Assembly (NCBI RefSeq): GCF_016433145.1
Contig: NC_058130.1
Span: forward strand, 133,190,018-133,254,017
DNA length: 64,000 nt
Direction of reading: 5' to 3'
From: Gracilinanus agilis
Taxonomy: Eukaryota
Numbering within the stretch: the stretch's first letter is position 1; each line of letters opens with the position of its first letter. Below are positions 61,933-64,000 of this stretch, in pieces. The translations under genes and the position numbers were made by a program. The notes beneath the pieces were generated by a model. The model had not been told where the DNA came from, ran no database searches, and saw only the letters and a list, made by a program, of their open reading frames with translations.

Positions 61933-63779
61933 TCATTTAAATACTGTTCAGAGAAGAGAAAGGAGGGGATAGGGGAATTGGGGAGGAGAGAAATAGAGAG
62001 AGAGCAGAAAATGAGGTTAGTAATGTTAGACCTCCACTAATAACCAGTTGTACTTTTTTTTCCAAATCTATCTCTTTATTTCCACAACTGGGCTATTGCC
62101 CAGAGCCTTTCAAAGAAACTCAAACCCTCTCCACCCACTCAGTCCCCATATCTTGAAACCTCCAGGTCCTACCATAAATGGCCACTTTTTACCCAATCCC
62201 CTTTCCCATCCCCACTCCCTAAGTAGTCCGAATGCATACTCACATCCAAAGTTGATGATACAGGAGGCAATGATGATGAGGACACCACCCACCAATGCCA
62301 CGATACTCAACAGCTTGGCCACCCGTCCCAAGCGCTGTGCTCCATCCACATCACCTTGCTGTAGGCTGTTTCTAGACTGGAGTGGTCACCAACAGCATTA
62401 AGGATCACAGTGAGGATTCAACAAGATGGCCAGGGTCAGATGATTCATCATCCAGCCAGAGTATCAGTCAGGATAGAGAGAGAGGAGAGGGAAGAAGGAA
62501 AAGACTATTTATGATATAAAATAAACAAAACTCTTCTTTTCCTTTACCCCTCCCTGGGAATTAGAAAGTCTTAGAAGAAGTTTCTGGGATACAGGGGCCT
62601 AGGAGAGATGAGATCAAAGGAGAGGAATAAGTGGAGAGAAACTAAAGGAAGTGGCCCAGGATTTTTGAACATGTGGGTTCTTAGGGCCCATAAGGAAGTG
62701 GCTCAGAAAAGACCACCCCCCATTCTCATTACTCTCATCTCTGGGGTTTCCAAATCAGATAACTGGAGAGCACTTGGATATTAAATGTAATGAATAAAGA
62801 AGCTAGGGCAAAGAGAAGGTGGGGATTCCCAGAGACTCACCATGATGGCATAAGCGAAAGCCACAATGTTGACAGGCCACATTGGGCAGAAGCAAGATAG
62901 GATGGCGATGATGATGTAGTCACGGGGCTTTGGGATCCCTTCACCCCCCTCAACTCCTGGCCCCCCCAGCAAGGAACTGGGCTGTCGACTCAGGCTGCCT
63001 CTGGGGGAGCCAGGCCTTGCACCATGCCCCCCAACTCCTCTTTCCTCATCTACCAACTGCTGTAACACCTTTGGGGGTGCCCCATTGGCTGGGGGGCCCT
63101 TGGGTGGAGGAGAGTGGGGTTGAGGTATTGTGCTTTTATCCCCTTCACCAGCCTTCATTGGCACTACTGCTCCATTCTCTTGTTTCTCTATCAGGTCCTC
63201 TGTTAGGTCCTCAGGGGCAGTTGAAATAGGCATTGCCTTTTGGACAGGAGATGTAGGCTGGGGGACTGGCCTGATGTCAGGTACTGGTTCCTGCTTGGCC
63301 TCCTGCTCTGTGGGTGGGCCCAAGACTGGAGATGGTTCTTTGTTCACTTCTAGAAATGGAGCAGGTTCTTTGCTCCCTTCTGAAGCTGACTCTTTACTTC
63401 CTTCTGGGTCTGGGACAGATTCTTTGTGGGTTTCTGGTGTTAGCTGAGCATTCGAGTCTACTCCACGGGTCTGTTCTGCCAGTGAACTTCCTGGATCTGG
63501 TATGGAGTCTGTGTCCTTGGCTGGGTCTGGGGTCCCTTCTAGGGCCTCTGAAGTTTTTGTTGCCCGTTCAGGGGATGTTCCCACTTCTGGCCCTTCATCT
63601 GAGGGTCTGGTGGAATCTGAGCCTGTTTGTGGGGTCTCTTTGAAGTCCTGGGTCCCAGCTGGAGTCTGGGAAAGGACAGTCTCTTCTCCAGGAGTAGCTG
63701 TTCCAGTCCCTTCACCCTGGGCTGAGGTACCCTCCTCATCCCCCTTCATCTCTGTCCCTTTAGAGCCATTGGATGCCAT
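61933..63779 (-). CDS. PRRT2: Proline-rich transmembrane protein 2 (CD225/dispanin family), 360 aa
   Basis: Exons 63779-62841, 62376-62244, 61943-61933 (1083 nt). Exon acceptor at 63848/63847 gives a 68-nt 5' UTR part. CD225 domain [73 protein letters not shown]; final exon LFK* followed by gaggctct, as in human VYK* GGGGCTCT. The non-coding exon 1 is outside the window. Confidence 0.95.
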
Positions 63780-64000
63780 CTTGAGTTGGGAGAGGGAAGG
63801 GATAGGATAGTGAGGGGAAGGGAAGAGAGCAGCAGCAACAGGAAATCCTGGAACAAGAGGAGACACAGCTGGGTCTGGGGAAGGGAAAGTGTAGAATATG
63901 GAACCCCTGGGGGGGGCGCTCAGCTGTCTCTGAATAGAGGTCCCCTGACTCAGAGGTAGTGGCCAAGTGTCATCAGACTCAGAGGGAGGAACCTCAAGAG

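Noticed and set aside
62930-63810. Several plus-strand ORFs opposite PRRT2 exon 2
   Set aside because: Antisense shadows of a GC-rich coding exon.

Overview
Mammalian genomic DNA, almost certainly a didelphid marsupial (opossum-type SINE1 and marsupial L1 repeats). It is the orthologue of the human 16p11.2 segment in reverse orientation. All exons were rebuilt by hand from GT-AG junctions and reading frame. Five recognisable genes are intact: SEZ6L2 (+, 18 coding exons, 920 aa), CDIPT (+, 6 coding exons, 213 aa), MVP (-, 14 coding exons, 867 aa), PAGR1 (-, 3 coding exons, 261 aa) and PRRT2 (-, 3 coding exons, 360 aa; its first exon lies beyond the window). The main discovery is a sixth gene that the ORF track misses. 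It is a phase-consistent 7-exon ORF (198 aa) on the minus strand between SEZ6L2 and CDIPT, head-to-head with CDIPT, with a strong Kozak start and its own AATAAA. It has a candidate AKAP-like amphipathic helix, a TQ motif and an RFX X-box-like site upstream, and lies where human has a CDIPT opposite-strand pseudogene/lncRNA. Other notable features are an L1 insertion with an apparent 184-bp 3' transduction, three solo LTRs in MVP intron 1, a CpG-dense MVP exon 7, and loss of the human PRRT2 C9 mutation hotspot. Comparisons with human and mouse are from memory, not from database searches. Repeat boundaries are approximate unless a TSD is given.
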